64,000 nucleotides of DNA from Alphaproteobacteria bacterium (GTDB lineage Bacteria > Pseudomonadota > Alphaproteobacteria > RF32 > CAG-239), in NCBI GenBank assembly GCA_045577985.1, contig JAZNJJ010000025.1, positions 42,488 through 106,487 of the forward strand. The letters run 5' to 3'. The position numbers were made by a program, and so were the translations under genes. This document shows, piece by piece, positions 25,858 through 36,775 of the stretch. The first letter of the stretch is position 1. Each line of letters begins with the position of its first letter. Under the pieces are notes generated by a model, which worked only from the letters and a program-made list of their open reading frames with translations, searched no databases and was not told the origin of the DNA.

Positions 25858-28560
25858 ATGAGTAAAGTTTGTTTGATTGATGGATCAGGATATATATTTC
25901 GAGCTTTTTATGCATTACCTACAATGACATCACCTGAAGGTGTTCCAGTTAATGCTGTGTATGGCTTTATTACAATGTTTATGCGTTTGATAAAAAATAT
26001 TAAATGTGATTATTGTGTAGTATTATTTGATGCAAAACGTCAAAATTTTCGCAATGATTTTTTTGCTGAATATAAAGCAACAAGAGCTGAAATACCAGAG
26101 TTGTTAATTCCTCAATTTGAATTGATATATAAGGCTGTTGAAGTGATGAATCTACCTTATGTGCTGCAAGAAGGATATGAGGCAGATGATTTAATTGCAA
26201 CTTACGCAAAGCAAGCTATTGAAGCAGGTCATGAAGTTGTTGTTGTTTCTGCAGATAAGGATTTAATGCAACTTATTCGTTCTGGTGTGGAATTTTACGA
26301 TGGTATGAAGGATAAGTTTTTTAATCCTGAAGATGTAAAAGAAAAATTTGGAGTTTATCCAGACAAAGTTGTTGATGTTCAAGCTCTTTCGGGAGATAAA
26401 ATTGATAATATTCCTGGTGTTCCAGGAATTGGTCCTAAGACAGCAGCAGAGTTAATAAATATGTTTGGTTCTTTGCATGGTGTTTTAGATAATGTAGAAA
26501 ATATAAAACAAGTAAAGAGAAGAGAGCTAATTGAACAACATAAAGATGATGCTCTTTTATCGTTAAAATTAGTAACGCTGAAAGACGATGTTCCTGTAGA
26601 ACATTTTTTAGAAGAATTTAAGTGTAAGGCTCCTCAATCTGATATTTTATTATCATTTATTGATAAATTAGGATTTAAAAGTATTCGCCCAAAAATTGAG
26701 AAATGGATAAGCGATAGATGTTGTGATTTAGGGGTAACAACTGTTACGCCAGAAGAAAAAATACCTCCTAAATATTATAAAGTTACGGATAGAAAAAGTT
26801 TAGAAAATTTGTATAGAAAAATTAAGGAGGCAGGAAAGTTTTCATTTTATATTTTATATAATGGAATTGAGTGTGAAGCAATTAGCTTGTCTACAGATAA
26901 AAATAGCGCTTATTATTTACCAATACCAAAGGTCAAAAATAGTGCTGATTTATTTTCATTTGAAGAATATTCTCAGTTAGATAATGAAACGGTAAGAAAA
27001 TTTATAGAGACTATTTTTAGTGATGTAAATGTTTTAAAAATAGGTTTGGCTATAAAATCGCAATGGCATGTTTTAAATAAAATTTGTGAAAAAATTCTAG
27101 ATATTTCTCCTTATGATGATGTTGCCGTTATGTCTTACGATTTAGATAGTTCTGAACATAATCATTCTCTTCAAGAATTATGTGAACATTTTCTTGATTA
27201 TAGTATTGCCGATCCGAAAATATCTGCAAAAAATAAAATAATCGATTTTAATGCTGAAGAATTCGGTGATTTTATTTTCGAAGCATCTGATTATATTTTA
27301 AGATTATATGATTTTTTTAAAGAGAGGATTTTCAACGAACATAAAAATTATGTTTATAACATGTTAGACCGACGGTTGATTAAAATTTTATTAAATATGG
27401 AAAATGAAGGAATTACTGTAAATGAAAAATGTTTAGCTGAATTAGATATTGAATTTGCCAAACAAATGGGAGTGATTGAGAAAGAGATATATATTTTAGC
27501 TGGCGAAGAATTTAATATTGCATCTCCAAAACAAATAGGTGAAATTCTTTTTACAAAATTGGGTATAAAAGGTAAGAAAACAGCTAACGGTAATTTTAAT
27601 ACAAGTGCTGAAGTATTGGAAAATTTGGCTGAAGAATATGAAATTGCCGCAAAAATATTAGAGTGGCGAACATATGCTAAGTTAAAATCTACTTACACTA
27701 CAGCCTTATTGGATGTAAAAGATAAAACGAATCGTGTGCATACTACATTTTCTCAGACAGTTGTTAATACCGGCAGACTAGCTTCATCTAATCCAAATTT
27801 ACAAAATATTCCGAATCGAACTGATATTGGTCGAAAAATAAGAGAATGTTTTGTTGCAAAAAATGGGTATAAAATTGTTGCCGCTGATTACAGTCAAATG
27901 GAGCTACGTCTATTAGCTTCTGTTGCAAATGTTAAAGCTTTGAAAGAGGCATTTGCAAATGGTGTAGATATTCATACGGCAACAGCATCTAAGGTATTTA
28001 ATTTACCATATGAAAAAGTTGATAGGGAACATAGAAGTAAAGCAAAGGCTATTAATTTTGGTATAGTATATGGTATTTCTCAATTTGGTTTGGCAAAACA
28101 GATTGATGCAACGAAAGAACAAGCCAAACAATATATAGATGCTTATTTCCAAAATATGCCTGAGGTAAAAGTTTATATGGATAAAACGATTGAATATGCG
28201 AGGAGATATGGTTATGTTCTTACTCCTATGGGACGTAAATGTTCTGTTCAGGGGATAAATGATAAAAATCATAGAATTTCATCTTTTGCAGAAAGAGCGG
28301 CGATAAATGCACCTATTCAGGGTGGTGCTGCAGATATTGTAAAATTAGCAATGGTTAGAATTGATCATGAATTAAGCAAGCATAAAATGGAAGCAAAACT
28401 TTTGTTACAAGTTCATGATGAATTAGTTTTCGAAGTTAAGGAAGAAGATGTGGTAAGATTTTCTGAATTAATTAAGAATATTATGGAAAATGTAGCAGAT
28501 ACAGATGTTAAAATGTCTGTAGATGTTGGAGTAGGAGATAATTGGTTTTCTGCTCATTAA
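25858..28560 (+). CDS. polA: DNA polymerase I
   Basis: LIDGSGYIFRAFY 5'-3' exonuclease, TGRLASSNPNLQNIP, ADYSQMELR, QVHDEL. Confidence 0.98.
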   Translation: MSKVCLIDGSGYIFRAFYALPTMTSPEGVPVNAVYGFITMFMRLIKNIKCDYCVVLFDAKRQNFRNDFFAEYKATRAEIPELLIPQFELIYKAVEVMNLPYVLQEGYEADDLIATYAKQAIEAGHEVVVVSADKDLMQLIRSGVEFYDGMKDKFFNPEDVKEKFGVYPDKVVDVQALSGDKIDNIPGVPGIGPKTAAELINMFGSLHGVLDNVENIKQVKRRELIEQHKDDALLSLKLVTLKDDVPVEHFLEEFKCKAPQSDILLSFIDKLGFKSIRPKIEKWISDRCCDLGVTTVTPEEKIPPKYYKVTDRKSLENLYRKIKEAGKFSFYILYNGIECEAISLSTDKNSAYYLPIPKVKNSADLFSFEEYSQLDNETVRKFIETIFSDVNVLKIGLAIKSQWHVLNKICEKILDISPYDDVAVMSYDLDSSEHNHSLQELCEHFLDYSIADPKISAKNKIIDFNAEEFGDFIFEASDYILRLYDFFKERIFNEHKNYVYNMLDRRLIKILLNMENEGITVNEKCLAELDIEFAKQMGVIEKEIYILAGEEFNIASPKQIGEILFTKLGIKGKKTANGNFNTSAEVLENLAEEYEIAAKILEWRTYAKLKSTYTTALLDVKDKTNRVHTTFSQTVVNTGRLASSNPNLQNIPNRTDIGRKIRECFVAKNGYKIVAADYSQMELRLLASVANVKALKEAFANGVDIHTATASKVFNLPYEKVDREHRSKAKAINFGIVYGISQFGLAKQIDATKEQAKQYIDAYFQNMPEVKVYMDKTIEYARRYGYVLTPMGRKCSVQGINDKNHRISSFAERAAINAPIQGGAADIVKLAMVRIDHELSKHKMEAKLLLQVHDELVFEVKEEDVVRFSELIKNIMENVADTDVKMSVDVGVGDNWFSAH

Positions 28561-28572
28561 AATATTTTATCA

Positions 28573-28609
28573 CATCAAAAAAACCTGATAAAATCAGGTT
28601 TTTTTGATG
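28573..28609. terminator. bidirectional intrinsic terminator
   Basis: CATCAAAAAAACCTGAT AAA ATCAGGTTTTTTTGATG. Confidence 0.85.
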
Positions 28610-28625
28610 AAAAGTAATTGTTATT

Positions 28626-29621
28626 TTATATTCCTTCACCTTTGTATGGGCGGGAAAGTAGTTCTTTCATAGCGTCATTTAATGATACTCCATCAAATAA
28701 AACACGATTAACTACTTCACATATAGGCATTTCGATTCCTAATTCTTTAGCTCTTTTTACGACAGCTTTAGCTGTATAAATTCCTTCTACTGTTCTTGTG
28801 TTTTCTTCAATTAATTTATCTGCTTTTCCGCAAACACCTATTTCATAACCGAAACTAAAGTTTCGAGATTGAGAACAGCTGGCAGTAAGAACTAAATCAC
28901 CTAAACCACACATACCCATCATTGTTTGAAGTTCTCCTCCTAAGGCTTTTGATAAGCGAGCCATTTCATGAAAACCACGGGTAATCAAGGCAGCTCTAGC
29001 TCCATCTCCATATGCAGCACCTTCAACAACACCTGATGCAATGGCTATAACATTTTTTACACTTCCTCCAATTTGTGGAGATATCATATCCGTTGTTAAA
29101 TATGGTCTGAAATATTGCGTTCCCAGCATTTCTGTTAATTTAGAAGCGATTTCAGCTTTTTGGCAAGCGATTGTTACTGAAGCAATTTTTCTTTTTGCTA
29201 CATCAATAGCAAACCCAGGACCTGATAAAATTGCAATGGTTGTGTCAGGTATTTCTTCGGCAGCTATTTCAGATAACATTTTGCCTGTTGATACCTCTAT
29301 ACCCTTGGCGCATAAAACAATAATAGTTTCTTTTTTTACAAATGGTTTTATTAATTGCATTGTAGCTCTTGTCCATTGGGCAGAAGCTGTCAGAAGAACA
29401 ATATCTGAAAAATCAAATATTTCAGCAACATTAGAAGTTGCTTTAATTTTATCTGGTAGCGGAATATCTGGTAAAAATCTTTTGTTTACGTGCGATTGAT
29501 TGATTGAATTAACAACGTCTTCTTCTCTAGCCCAACATAAAACATCATTTCCTGCTCTAGTTGCAGTTAAGGCTAATGCTGTTCCCCACACACCTGTTCC
29601 TACTATACCAATTTTTTTCAT
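28626..29621 (-). CDS. gpsA: NAD(P)H-dependent glycerol-3-phosphate dehydrogenase
   Basis: IVGTGVWGTALA, LSGPGFA, KNVIAIA.G, GLGDLVLT.....SRN; AGGAG RBS. Confidence 0.96.
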   Translation of the reverse strand: MKKIGIVGTGVWGTALALTATRAGNDVLCWAREEDVVNSINQSHVNKRFLPDIPLPDKIKATSNVAEIFDFSDIVLLTASAQWTRATMQLIKPFVKKETIIVLCAKGIEVSTGKMLSEIAAEEIPDTTIAILSGPGFAIDVAKRKIASVTIACQKAEIASKLTEMLGTQYFRPYLTTDMISPQIGGSVKNVIAIASGVVEGAAYGDGARAALITRGFHEMARLSKALGGELQTMMGMCGLGDLVLTASCSQSRNFSFGYEIGVCGKADKLIEENTRTVEGIYTAKAVVKRAKELGIEMPICEVVNRVLFDGVSLNDAMKELLSRPYKGEGI

Positions 29622-29715
29622 TGTGTATCTCCTAGATTTATTGTCTTTGTATGGAGAGTTTATACCTTGGTTGTATAAATGCAAGAAATAAATAAATCTT
29701 ACTCTAGGGGATTTA

Positions 29716-30072
29716 TTATTTTATAGAATCTTTATGTAATCTTCCTCTGACGGCTTGGACATAGTTGTAATCGCAAAACGAATCATATGCTTTATCAAAA
29801 CTTTCCGTGCCATAAATGTAGAATACCTTATGTGCAATATTGCGAATAGCATTATCTATGGTTTCAAAAGCTGCATTATATTCTTTATCGTAATTGTTTC
29901 TTTTTTTCTTTTGAACTATATCATGATATGCAGAGATGGCTTCAATTGTTTTATTCGCAAAATCACTGTTACCTTTTTCTGCAAAAAGGTGCATGATCTT
30001 GATTGTAGTTTGATAAAAACATTTATTTATCAATATGTTTCTTTGTTTTGTATTATTACCGTCAACAATCAT
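29716..30072 (-). CDS. hypothetical protein
   Basis: 118-aa ORF co-oriented with neighbours, GAGG upstream; no recognised motif. Confidence 0.6.
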   Translation of the reverse strand: MIVDGNNTKQRNILINKCFYQTTIKIMHLFAEKGNSDFANKTIEAISAYHDIVQKKKRNNYDKEYNAAFETIDNAIRNIAHKVFYIYGTESFDKAYDSFCDYNYVQAVRGRLHKDSIK

Positions 30073-30144
30073 GTAAACAATATTCCTCGCTACAAACTAT
30101 TATAGATATAACAAACGAGAGATTAAATATCAATACCTATTTTT

Positions 30145-30741
30145 TTATTTTATTTTTTGTTGCAAATTTTTGATTAAACCATCTATACCTGTTGGAGATT
30201 TTTTGATATATGAGGTATATTCGCTACGAGCTGTTTGAGCTAAGCTTACGTTCTCAATTATTATATCAACAATACGAAAACGACCATCCGTTTCTTTTAC
30301 TCTCCATTTTACTATAGCAGGTGCTCCTTCATTCATAGGTACTTGTGTATTTATGAATATTTGGTCAGCTGATTTAGATTTTTCTGTACCATTGAATTCA
30401 AAATGTTTTCCCTTAAATTCATTAAAACGTTCAGACCAAGTTTGAATATTTAGTTGGCGATATACATTTATAAAGTCTTTTCTTTGAGTTGGAGTTGCTA
30501 TTTTCCAATATCGTCCCAAAACAAATTTACCAATAAAATCTAAATCTAAATCTCTATTAAATAATTTTGTGAAGCGTTCTTTTTTTTCTTTTTCAGATAC
30601 GTCTGAATTGATAAGTTCTTCAATGCCTTCTTGTGTTACATTTTTAATAAATTTTTCTGCTTCTGTTGCATTTATGGTTGCATTAGCAGAGCTAGATAAT
30701 ATTGTTAAAATAAATAGAATAAATGTAATAATCTTTTTCAA
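30145..30741 (-). CDS. mlaC: phospholipid-binding protein MlaC/Ttg2D
   Basis: Signal peptide, FVLGRYW, RIVDIIIENVSL..T.RSEY. Confidence 0.88.
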   Translation of the reverse strand: MKKIITFILFILTILSSSANATINATEAEKFIKNVTQEGIEELINSDVSEKEKKERFTKLFNRDLDLDFIGKFVLGRYWKIATPTQRKDFINVYRQLNIQTWSERFNEFKGKHFEFNGTEKSKSADQIFINTQVPMNEGAPAIVKWRVKETDGRFRIVDIIIENVSLAQTARSEYTSYIKKSPTGIDGLIKNLQQKIK

Positions 30742-30761
30742 TTTAGTGCTCCTTTTTTATG

Positions 30762-31535
30762 TTATTCATCATAATCATCATCTTCAAAATCAAAATCATA
30801 ACTAGCATTTGAAGTTTGATCATCTGAATTTGTTATAGAACAAGAATCTATTTTTAGGCGATTTTGTATATATGCTGATTTTATTGTGCTATAGGCATCA
30901 ACAGAATTTTGGGTTAAATTATCTAAAAATTCTAGATTGGCTTCTCGAATGCTTACAAAACCGAGAGCTGTAAGTCCGTAATAGAAACTATATTTTTCCC
31001 AATCTTTGCTAAATGTTGCATAATAATCAGCCCAATATGTAGGATTTGTAAATGCATCAGCAACAACTCCTGTAGTTGCGCGCGGAGTACTTGGTCCCAA
31101 AAAAGGAAGGACTATAAACGGTCCATCAGGTACGCACCATTGGGCTAATGTTTTATCAAAATTACTTTTATTTTTTTCTATTCCCCAACCAGAAGCTACA
31201 TCAAATGTTCCTAATAAGCCAAGTGTTGAGTTTATGGCGAATCTACTAATTGATTTTCCAGAAGCAATGAAATTTCCTTGTAAAGAATGGTTTATAATTG
31301 AAGTTGGTTCATGTAAATTTTCAAAAAAATTAGAAACCCTTTTTCTGATAAATTCTGTTGTTATAAATCTATATCCTTTGGCTAATGGTTTTATAAGATA
31401 TTCATCTACTTTTGTATTAAAATCAAACATAGTCTGATTATATGTTTCTAATGCGTTTTCATTATTATCAGAAGCATATGTTATATTTGATGAACACACT
31501 AAAAATATTATTATTGTGATGAATATTTTTTTCAT
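30762..31535 (-). CDS. mlaA: MlaA/VacJ lipid-asymmetry protein
   Basis: E.YN..MF.FN, RFAINSTLGLLG.FDVA, GPFIVLPFLGPST.R. Confidence 0.92.
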   Translation of the reverse strand: MKKIFITIIIFLVCSSNITYASDNNENALETYNQTMFDFNTKVDEYLIKPLAKGYRFITTEFIRKRVSNFFENLHEPTSIINHSLQGNFIASGKSISRFAINSTLGLLGTFDVASGWGIEKNKSNFDKTLAQWCVPDGPFIVLPFLGPSTPRATTGVVADAFTNPTYWADYYATFSKDWEKYSFYYGLTALGFVSIREANLEFLDNLTQNSVDAYSTIKSAYIQNRLKIDSCSITNSDDQTSNASYDFDFEDDDYDE

Positions 31536-31684
31536 TATATAATCCTTTCTATTGCTAAGTAATATATAAATTTATATTAAATAAATCAATCAAAAAAATA
31601 AAAAGAAAAAAAAGAGGATAAAGTAGTTTGTATATTTTGTTTTTTAGTAAATAAAAAAAAAGACCTTTTGAAAGGTCTTTTATC

Positions 31685-31761
31685 TGGTAGCGAGGGTCGG
31701 ACTCGAACCAACGACACGCGGATTATGATTCCGCTACTCTAACCACCTGAGCTACCCCGCC
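31685..31761 (-). tRNA. tRNA-Met(CAT), probably elongator
   Basis: GGCGGGGTAGCTCAG...GCGGA-ATCATAA-TCCGC...GGTTCGAGTCC...ACCA on the minus strand. Confidence 0.93.
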
Positions 31762-31806
31762 AAGAACAAGACGATTATTACAATGTATAAACATAAATGT
31801 CAATAA

Positions 31807-32778
31807 CTATTTTTTTGTTTTATTATTTTTTTTATTTGATAGATGTCTTGCTTGTTTCAATTCATATGTTATGAGAGCAATTCCTGATATTATTAATGGG
31901 AGAAGGTAGTAGATGATGCGATATAAAATTAAAATAGCAAATAGAACAGCTTGATTTTGGTCATCAGGCAATAATTTTGCAAAAACAATTTCAAAAACAC
32001 CTAATCCACCGGGAACTTGACTGTATACACCTAGTAACTGAGCTATAATATATGCTCCGATAAATGTTAAGAATGGAATATCTACATAATATTCGAGGAT
32101 AAAATATAAAACCAGTGAAGCCATCAAAATATCTGCACTTCCAATTATTATTTGAGCTATAGACATTTTGAAGCCAGGTGGATAAAATGCGATTTCTTTA
32201 ATGATAATTGGTTTTTTATAGTATGTACAACCTAAAATATAAAATACCATACCTGCAAATGATAAACCTATTATCAACCAATTAATAATAGGTGAGGAGA
32301 TAGAGGTTAGTATATTTTGTGGTGAACATGAAAAGCCTATGATAACCAGAAAAAAACAAGCAACAAGATAAGTGAAACCTGAAAACATGACCATTTTTAC
32401 AATATCACCAGCTTTGATTCTCCATCTGGTGTATAATCTGTATCGGATTGCTCCTCCTGAGACTATAGCGTGTCCAGCATTGTTACTGACAGAAAAACCT
32501 ATAAAACCCGCAAAAATCCATTTCCATGCAGAGAGTTTTTGATTTATATATTTTAATGCTAAGAAATCGTATGATGATAATGCGATATAGCCCAAAAATG
32601 ATGCTATACAAGCATAAATTATATTTTTGCTTGGAATCTCGATAATTGCATTTTTTATTTCATCCAAAGAATACTTTGATAATTGCTTATATATCATAAA
32701 GGCCGCTAATGCGAAAAAGAATAAGCCTGACCAAGATATTATTTTTTTTATAAATTTTTTTTTATTTTGTATTATCAT
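31807..32778 (-). CDS. lysylphosphatidylglycerol synthase TM-domain (MprF flippase-like) protein
   Basis: YDFLAL, SGGAIRYRLY, SQVPGGLGVFE, LYRIIYYLLP; no synthase domain. Confidence 0.85.
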   Translation of the reverse strand: MIIQNKKKFIKKIISWSGLFFFALAAFMIYKQLSKYSLDEIKNAIIEIPSKNIIYACIASFLGYIALSSYDFLALKYINQKLSAWKWIFAGFIGFSVSNNAGHAIVSGGAIRYRLYTRWRIKAGDIVKMVMFSGFTYLVACFFLVIIGFSCSPQNILTSISSPIINWLIIGLSFAGMVFYILGCTYYKKPIIIKEIAFYPPGFKMSIAQIIIGSADILMASLVLYFILEYYVDIPFLTFIGAYIIAQLLGVYSQVPGGLGVFEIVFAKLLPDDQNQAVLFAILILYRIIYYLLPLIISGIALITYELKQARHLSNKKNNKTKK

Positions 32779-32788
32779 ATTATTCTCT

Positions 32789-33889
32789 TTAAGGTATATT
32801 TATATCTATATAATTGCGAATATTATTTCCATATGTTTGTCTAATGTATGAAGTTAATTCAGATGGATTTGCTTTAAAGTTTTGAGCATCTGATTGTGCT
32901 TTTAACAATTCTTCTAATTGTAACTTTTTACCGATAGCATCTCGTTTTTCTGCTGCACCTGCTTCACCGAGAGAAGCCGCAATATTATATAATGAATGAG
33001 CCATAGTTAAGTTCATAGGAACGATTTTCCCAATAGTGTAAATATTAGCTAGAATCATGTAAGCTTCTACATTTCCTTGGTTTACAGCTATACGATAATT
33101 TCGAATTCCATTGTTATAATTTTGTACGGTACCATGTCCTTCTATATACATTTTTGCCAAGGTAAGATGAGCCTCATCAATGTTGCTATCTTCTTCGGTA
33201 GCTGATCTTATCAATTTGAATGCCTTTTCATAATCTTTATCTACAACAAAACCCTTATAGTAAGCATAACCAAGCATAAATTTTGCAATTTTATTACCAT
33301 TCTGACTTGAAGCTTGAAACATTTTTATCGCTTGAGAATTTCGAAAAGAATCTTTTTTCCCGCCTGTTAGATATATAAACGCCAAATTAAGTGCTGCGTT
33401 ATCATTGCCTAGTTCTGCGGATTGTTGAAAAAAGTCTAAAGCTTTGGTGGTATTTATAGGTACTCCAATGCCATTAAAATATAGGCTGCCTAAGTTATTT
33501 AATGCAATTGGATCTTTTTGTTCTGCAGCCATTGTGTAATATTTTAAGGCATTATCAAAATTTTGTTCAACACCATTGGTTCCATATAAATACATATAGC
33601 CGAGATTCATCTGATCTTCTAGTTTTCCTTCATTTGCTTGTCGTATGCTTTTTTCTAAAAATGTTTCTTTTTTTCCTGTATCTGTTTGTACTTCATCTTC
33701 TGCAGAAAATATTAAGGATAGAGGTTTGGTTATGAAACTGAATATAGATGATGAATCTGAAGAAGTTTGTTCTGTCGGTGTAGTCGCATTACCAATAAGC
33801 ATATCTTCTGATAATATATCGATAGTTTGAGCTGAAACTTTGGTTATGCATAAAAAAACAAAGGTGGATATGTATAAGATTCTTTTCAT
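32789..33889 (-). CDS. secreted Sel1-repeat protein
   Basis: Signal peptide; NLGYMYLYG..GV, NNLGSLYFNGIGV repeats. Confidence 0.88.
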   Translation of the reverse strand: MKRILYISTFVFLCITKVSAQTIDILSEDMLIGNATTPTEQTSSDSSSIFSFITKPLSLIFSAEDEVQTDTGKKETFLEKSIRQANEGKLEDQMNLGYMYLYGTNGVEQNFDNALKYYTMAAEQKDPIALNNLGSLYFNGIGVPINTTKALDFFQQSAELGNDNAALNLAFIYLTGGKKDSFRNSQAIKMFQASSQNGNKIAKFMLGYAYYKGFVVDKDYEKAFKLIRSATEEDSNIDEAHLTLAKMYIEGHGTVQNYNNGIRNYRIAVNQGNVEAYMILANIYTIGKIVPMNLTMAHSLYNIAASLGEAGAAEKRDAIGKKLQLEELLKAQSDAQNFKANPSELTSYIRQTYGNNIRNYIDINIP

Positions 33890-34014
33890 AATGTGTCCTC
33901 TAACTTTATTATGTTCGGCATTCTATTACTAAAAAAAAATCCTTGCAAGGCAAAAAATAAATATCTTGTATTATTTTTTGTTTTGCTATAATTAGGAGAG
34001 GAAAGGTTTTTATT

Positions 34015-35829
34015 ATGGTTGTTGAAGCTCCTATTTATACTATAAAAAATGCAAGATTAAGTTTTGGCTTAAATCCTCTTTTTACTGGGGTTGATTTATA
34101 TATAAATAAAGGTGATAAAATTTGTTTGGTCGGTCGTAATGGTTGTGGTAAATCAACTTTACTGAAAGTAATTGCAAAGGAGATAGAAGCAGACGATGCT
34201 GAATTTTTTATTCAGCCCGGAGTGAAAATAGGATATATGCCTCAAGATCCAGATTTATCTAGTTTTAATACCTTACGTGAAGTTGTTGAAGCAGGATTAG
34301 ATGTTCAAGATAAAGCATTAGCTTATAAGGTTGATATGCTTACAGAATATTTTGAAATAAATGAAAATCAACGTCCTGAATGTTCGTCAGGAGGGGAGCG
34401 TAGAAAAGCTGCCTTAGCACGAGCTTTAATTAATGAGCCAGATATTTTATTGTTAGATGAACCAACGAATCATTTAGATATAGCAACCATTGAAAAATTA
34501 GAAGATACTATAAAAAAGTTTCAAGGAGCGGTGATTATTATTAGTCATGATCGAGCTTTTTTAGAACATACGTCAAAAGTTACTTTTTGGTTAGATAGAG
34601 GAATTTTAAGACGTAATAATAAGGGTTTTAATTGTTTTGAAGAATGGCAGAATCAAGTAATAGAGCAAGAAATTATTGAACAGAAAGCTCTTAATAAAAA
34701 AATAGCTGAAGAAACAGAATGGTTACATAAAGGGGTTACGGCTCGAAGAAAACGTAATATGGGACGTTTAAGAAAACTTCAACAACTGCGACAAGAGCGT
34801 AAAGAACAAATTAAAATGATTGGGTCTGTAAATTTAGAAGTAGAAACAGCAGATCTTAAGTCAAAAATGGTAATAGAAGCAAAACATGTAAATAAGAGTT
34901 TTGGTGAAAGAGAAATTGTTAAGGATTTTTCAATTAGAGTTATAAAAGGAAACAAGATTGGAATAGTTGGACCTAATGGCTCCGGAAAGACGACTTTGGT
35001 TAAACTTTTAACCAAAAGGCTTGAACCTGATAATGGTTTTATTCGAATCGGAAAAAATTTAGAAGAAGCTTATTTTGATCAAAATAGAATAACTCTAGAT
35101 CCTAAAAAAACATTATGGAAAACTTTATGTAATGAGGGTGATCATATTTGGGTCAGAGGTCATTTTAGGCATGTTGTTGCATATTTGAAAGATTTTTTGT
35201 TTAAGCCAGATCAAGCTCAGTGTCCTGTTTCGGCTCTTTCTGGTGGAGAAAAAAATCGTTTAATGTTAGCCGTAGCATTAGCTAAAGAATCTAATTTTTT
35301 AGTGTTGGATGAGCCTACAAATGATTTAGATATGGATACTTTAGATTTGTTACAAGAAGTATTGGCTGATTATGAAGGTACTGTTTTGATTGTTAGTCAC
35401 GATAGAGATTTTATGGATAAAGTTGCAACTTCTCTTCTTTATATGAAAGGCGATGGTTCTATTTATGAACATGTTGGAACATATTCTGAATTGTTGGAAA
35501 AGATTAAGCTAAAAAATGATAACAAAGTTTTTAAAAAAAATAATGTTGAGAAAGAGGTTGCAAAAACGAAAGAGAAAAATAAGACACTAAAGCTCAGCTT
35601 TAAGGAACAATATTTGTTAAATAGTTTACCTAAAGATATTGAAAATATTGAAAATGAAATTAAGAAAATTGAGATTGCTCTGAGTGATTCTGATTTGTAT
35701 GTTAAAGATGCTAAGAAATTTGATGAGCTGATTTCTAAGTTGGCTGAAAATAAATCGAAATTAGAAGAAATGGAAGAACAGTGGTTGACTATTCAGCTCA
35801 AAGCAGAGGAATTTGAAAATAAATCTTAG
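34015..35829 (+). CDS. uup: ABC-F ATPase, Uup family
   Basis: Two ABC domains, WLHKGVTARRKRNMGR linker, C-terminal KLSFKEQ coiled coil. Confidence 0.9.
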   Translation: MVVEAPIYTIKNARLSFGLNPLFTGVDLYINKGDKICLVGRNGCGKSTLLKVIAKEIEADDAEFFIQPGVKIGYMPQDPDLSSFNTLREVVEAGLDVQDKALAYKVDMLTEYFEINENQRPECSSGGERRKAALARALINEPDILLLDEPTNHLDIATIEKLEDTIKKFQGAVIIISHDRAFLEHTSKVTFWLDRGILRRNNKGFNCFEEWQNQVIEQEIIEQKALNKKIAEETEWLHKGVTARRKRNMGRLRKLQQLRQERKEQIKMIGSVNLEVETADLKSKMVIEAKHVNKSFGEREIVKDFSIRVIKGNKIGIVGPNGSGKTTLVKLLTKRLEPDNGFIRIGKNLEEAYFDQNRITLDPKKTLWKTLCNEGDHIWVRGHFRHVVAYLKDFLFKPDQAQCPVSALSGGEKNRLMLAVALAKESNFLVLDEPTNDLDMDTLDLLQEVLADYEGTVLIVSHDRDFMDKVATSLLYMKGDGSIYEHVGTYSELLEKIKLKNDNKVFKKNNVEKEVAKTKEKNKTLKLSFKEQYLLNSLPKDIENIENEIKKIEIALSDSDLYVKDAKKFDELISKLAENKSKLEEMEEQWLTIQLKAEEFENKS

Positions 35830-35863
35830 TAATTATTGAAATTATAGCTACAATTATTAGATA

Positions 35864-36775
35864 TTGTATATGTTATGGGTAATAGATAGTTTAATATATG
35901 GTTTTTTTACTGCAGTATATACATTATTTAATCAACATTATAAAATAGATGGTTATGTATTGGGTATATGGCGCGGTTTTGGTATATCTATTTTATTTTT
36001 GCCATTTTTATTTTTTTTTCCTGTTCCAACGGATATGAATTATTGGATGATGTTGTTATTTCAAGGATATCTCATAGCTATATATGATTCTCATTTATTT
36101 TTTTCATCAGCAAAATATGGGGCAGGATCAACTTCAAGATTTATGGCGATAACTGTTTTAATAACAACTTTTCTGTGGTGGCTTATTACTCCTAATGAGT
36201 TTATAAATTTGTTTGAACAAGGGGATATCTTTATTACATTAATAATGATTCTTTCAGGATTTACTTTTTGTTATTGGCAAATGATTCAATCTGAAGTTTC
36301 CAGAGAAAATGCCAGATATATAATGCCAGCAGTTTTAGCATTGGCTGGAATGAGTATTATTACAAAGTATATAGCATTAGGCGGAAGTTCAATTTGGCAA
36401 GCAATTGTTTATTATTTAACTGTAGCAACATTTGTCAGTGGATGTTTCAATTTTAAATGGTACATAAAAGCAAATTCTGATTTGTCATTAAAGCAGAAAT
36501 TAGAAAATATAGTGTCAAAAAAAATGTTGAAAATCGGAATATATTTAATTTCATTTAGTACTGTTTTGATTACAGCTAAGACAATGGCATTAAGAGTATC
36601 TCCGAATCCCGGATATGTAACAGCTCTATTATTAATTGCTCCAATATTTATTTCTCTGTTAAATAAATATTATAAAGTTCCAGATAATATTTCGCCTCGA
36701 GCAGGTTTTGCTATGTTATTTTTTCTTTTTTTATTAGTATTATTAGTTAATGGTGATTATGGTGTAAATGATTAA
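35864..36775 (+). CDS. DMT/EamA-like membrane protein
   Basis: ~10 hydrophobic segments with twofold organisation, PNPGYV motif. Confidence 0.6.
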   Translation: MYMLWVIDSLIYGFFTAVYTLFNQHYKIDGYVLGIWRGFGISILFLPFLFFFPVPTDMNYWMMLLFQGYLIAIYDSHLFFSSAKYGAGSTSRFMAITVLITTFLWWLITPNEFINLFEQGDIFITLIMILSGFTFCYWQMIQSEVSRENARYIMPAVLALAGMSIITKYIALGGSSIWQAIVYYLTVATFVSGCFNFKWYIKANSDLSLKQKLENIVSKKMLKIGIYLISFSTVLITAKTMALRVSPNPGYVTALLLIAPIFISLLNKYYKVPDNISPRAGFAMLFFLFLLVLLVNGDYGVND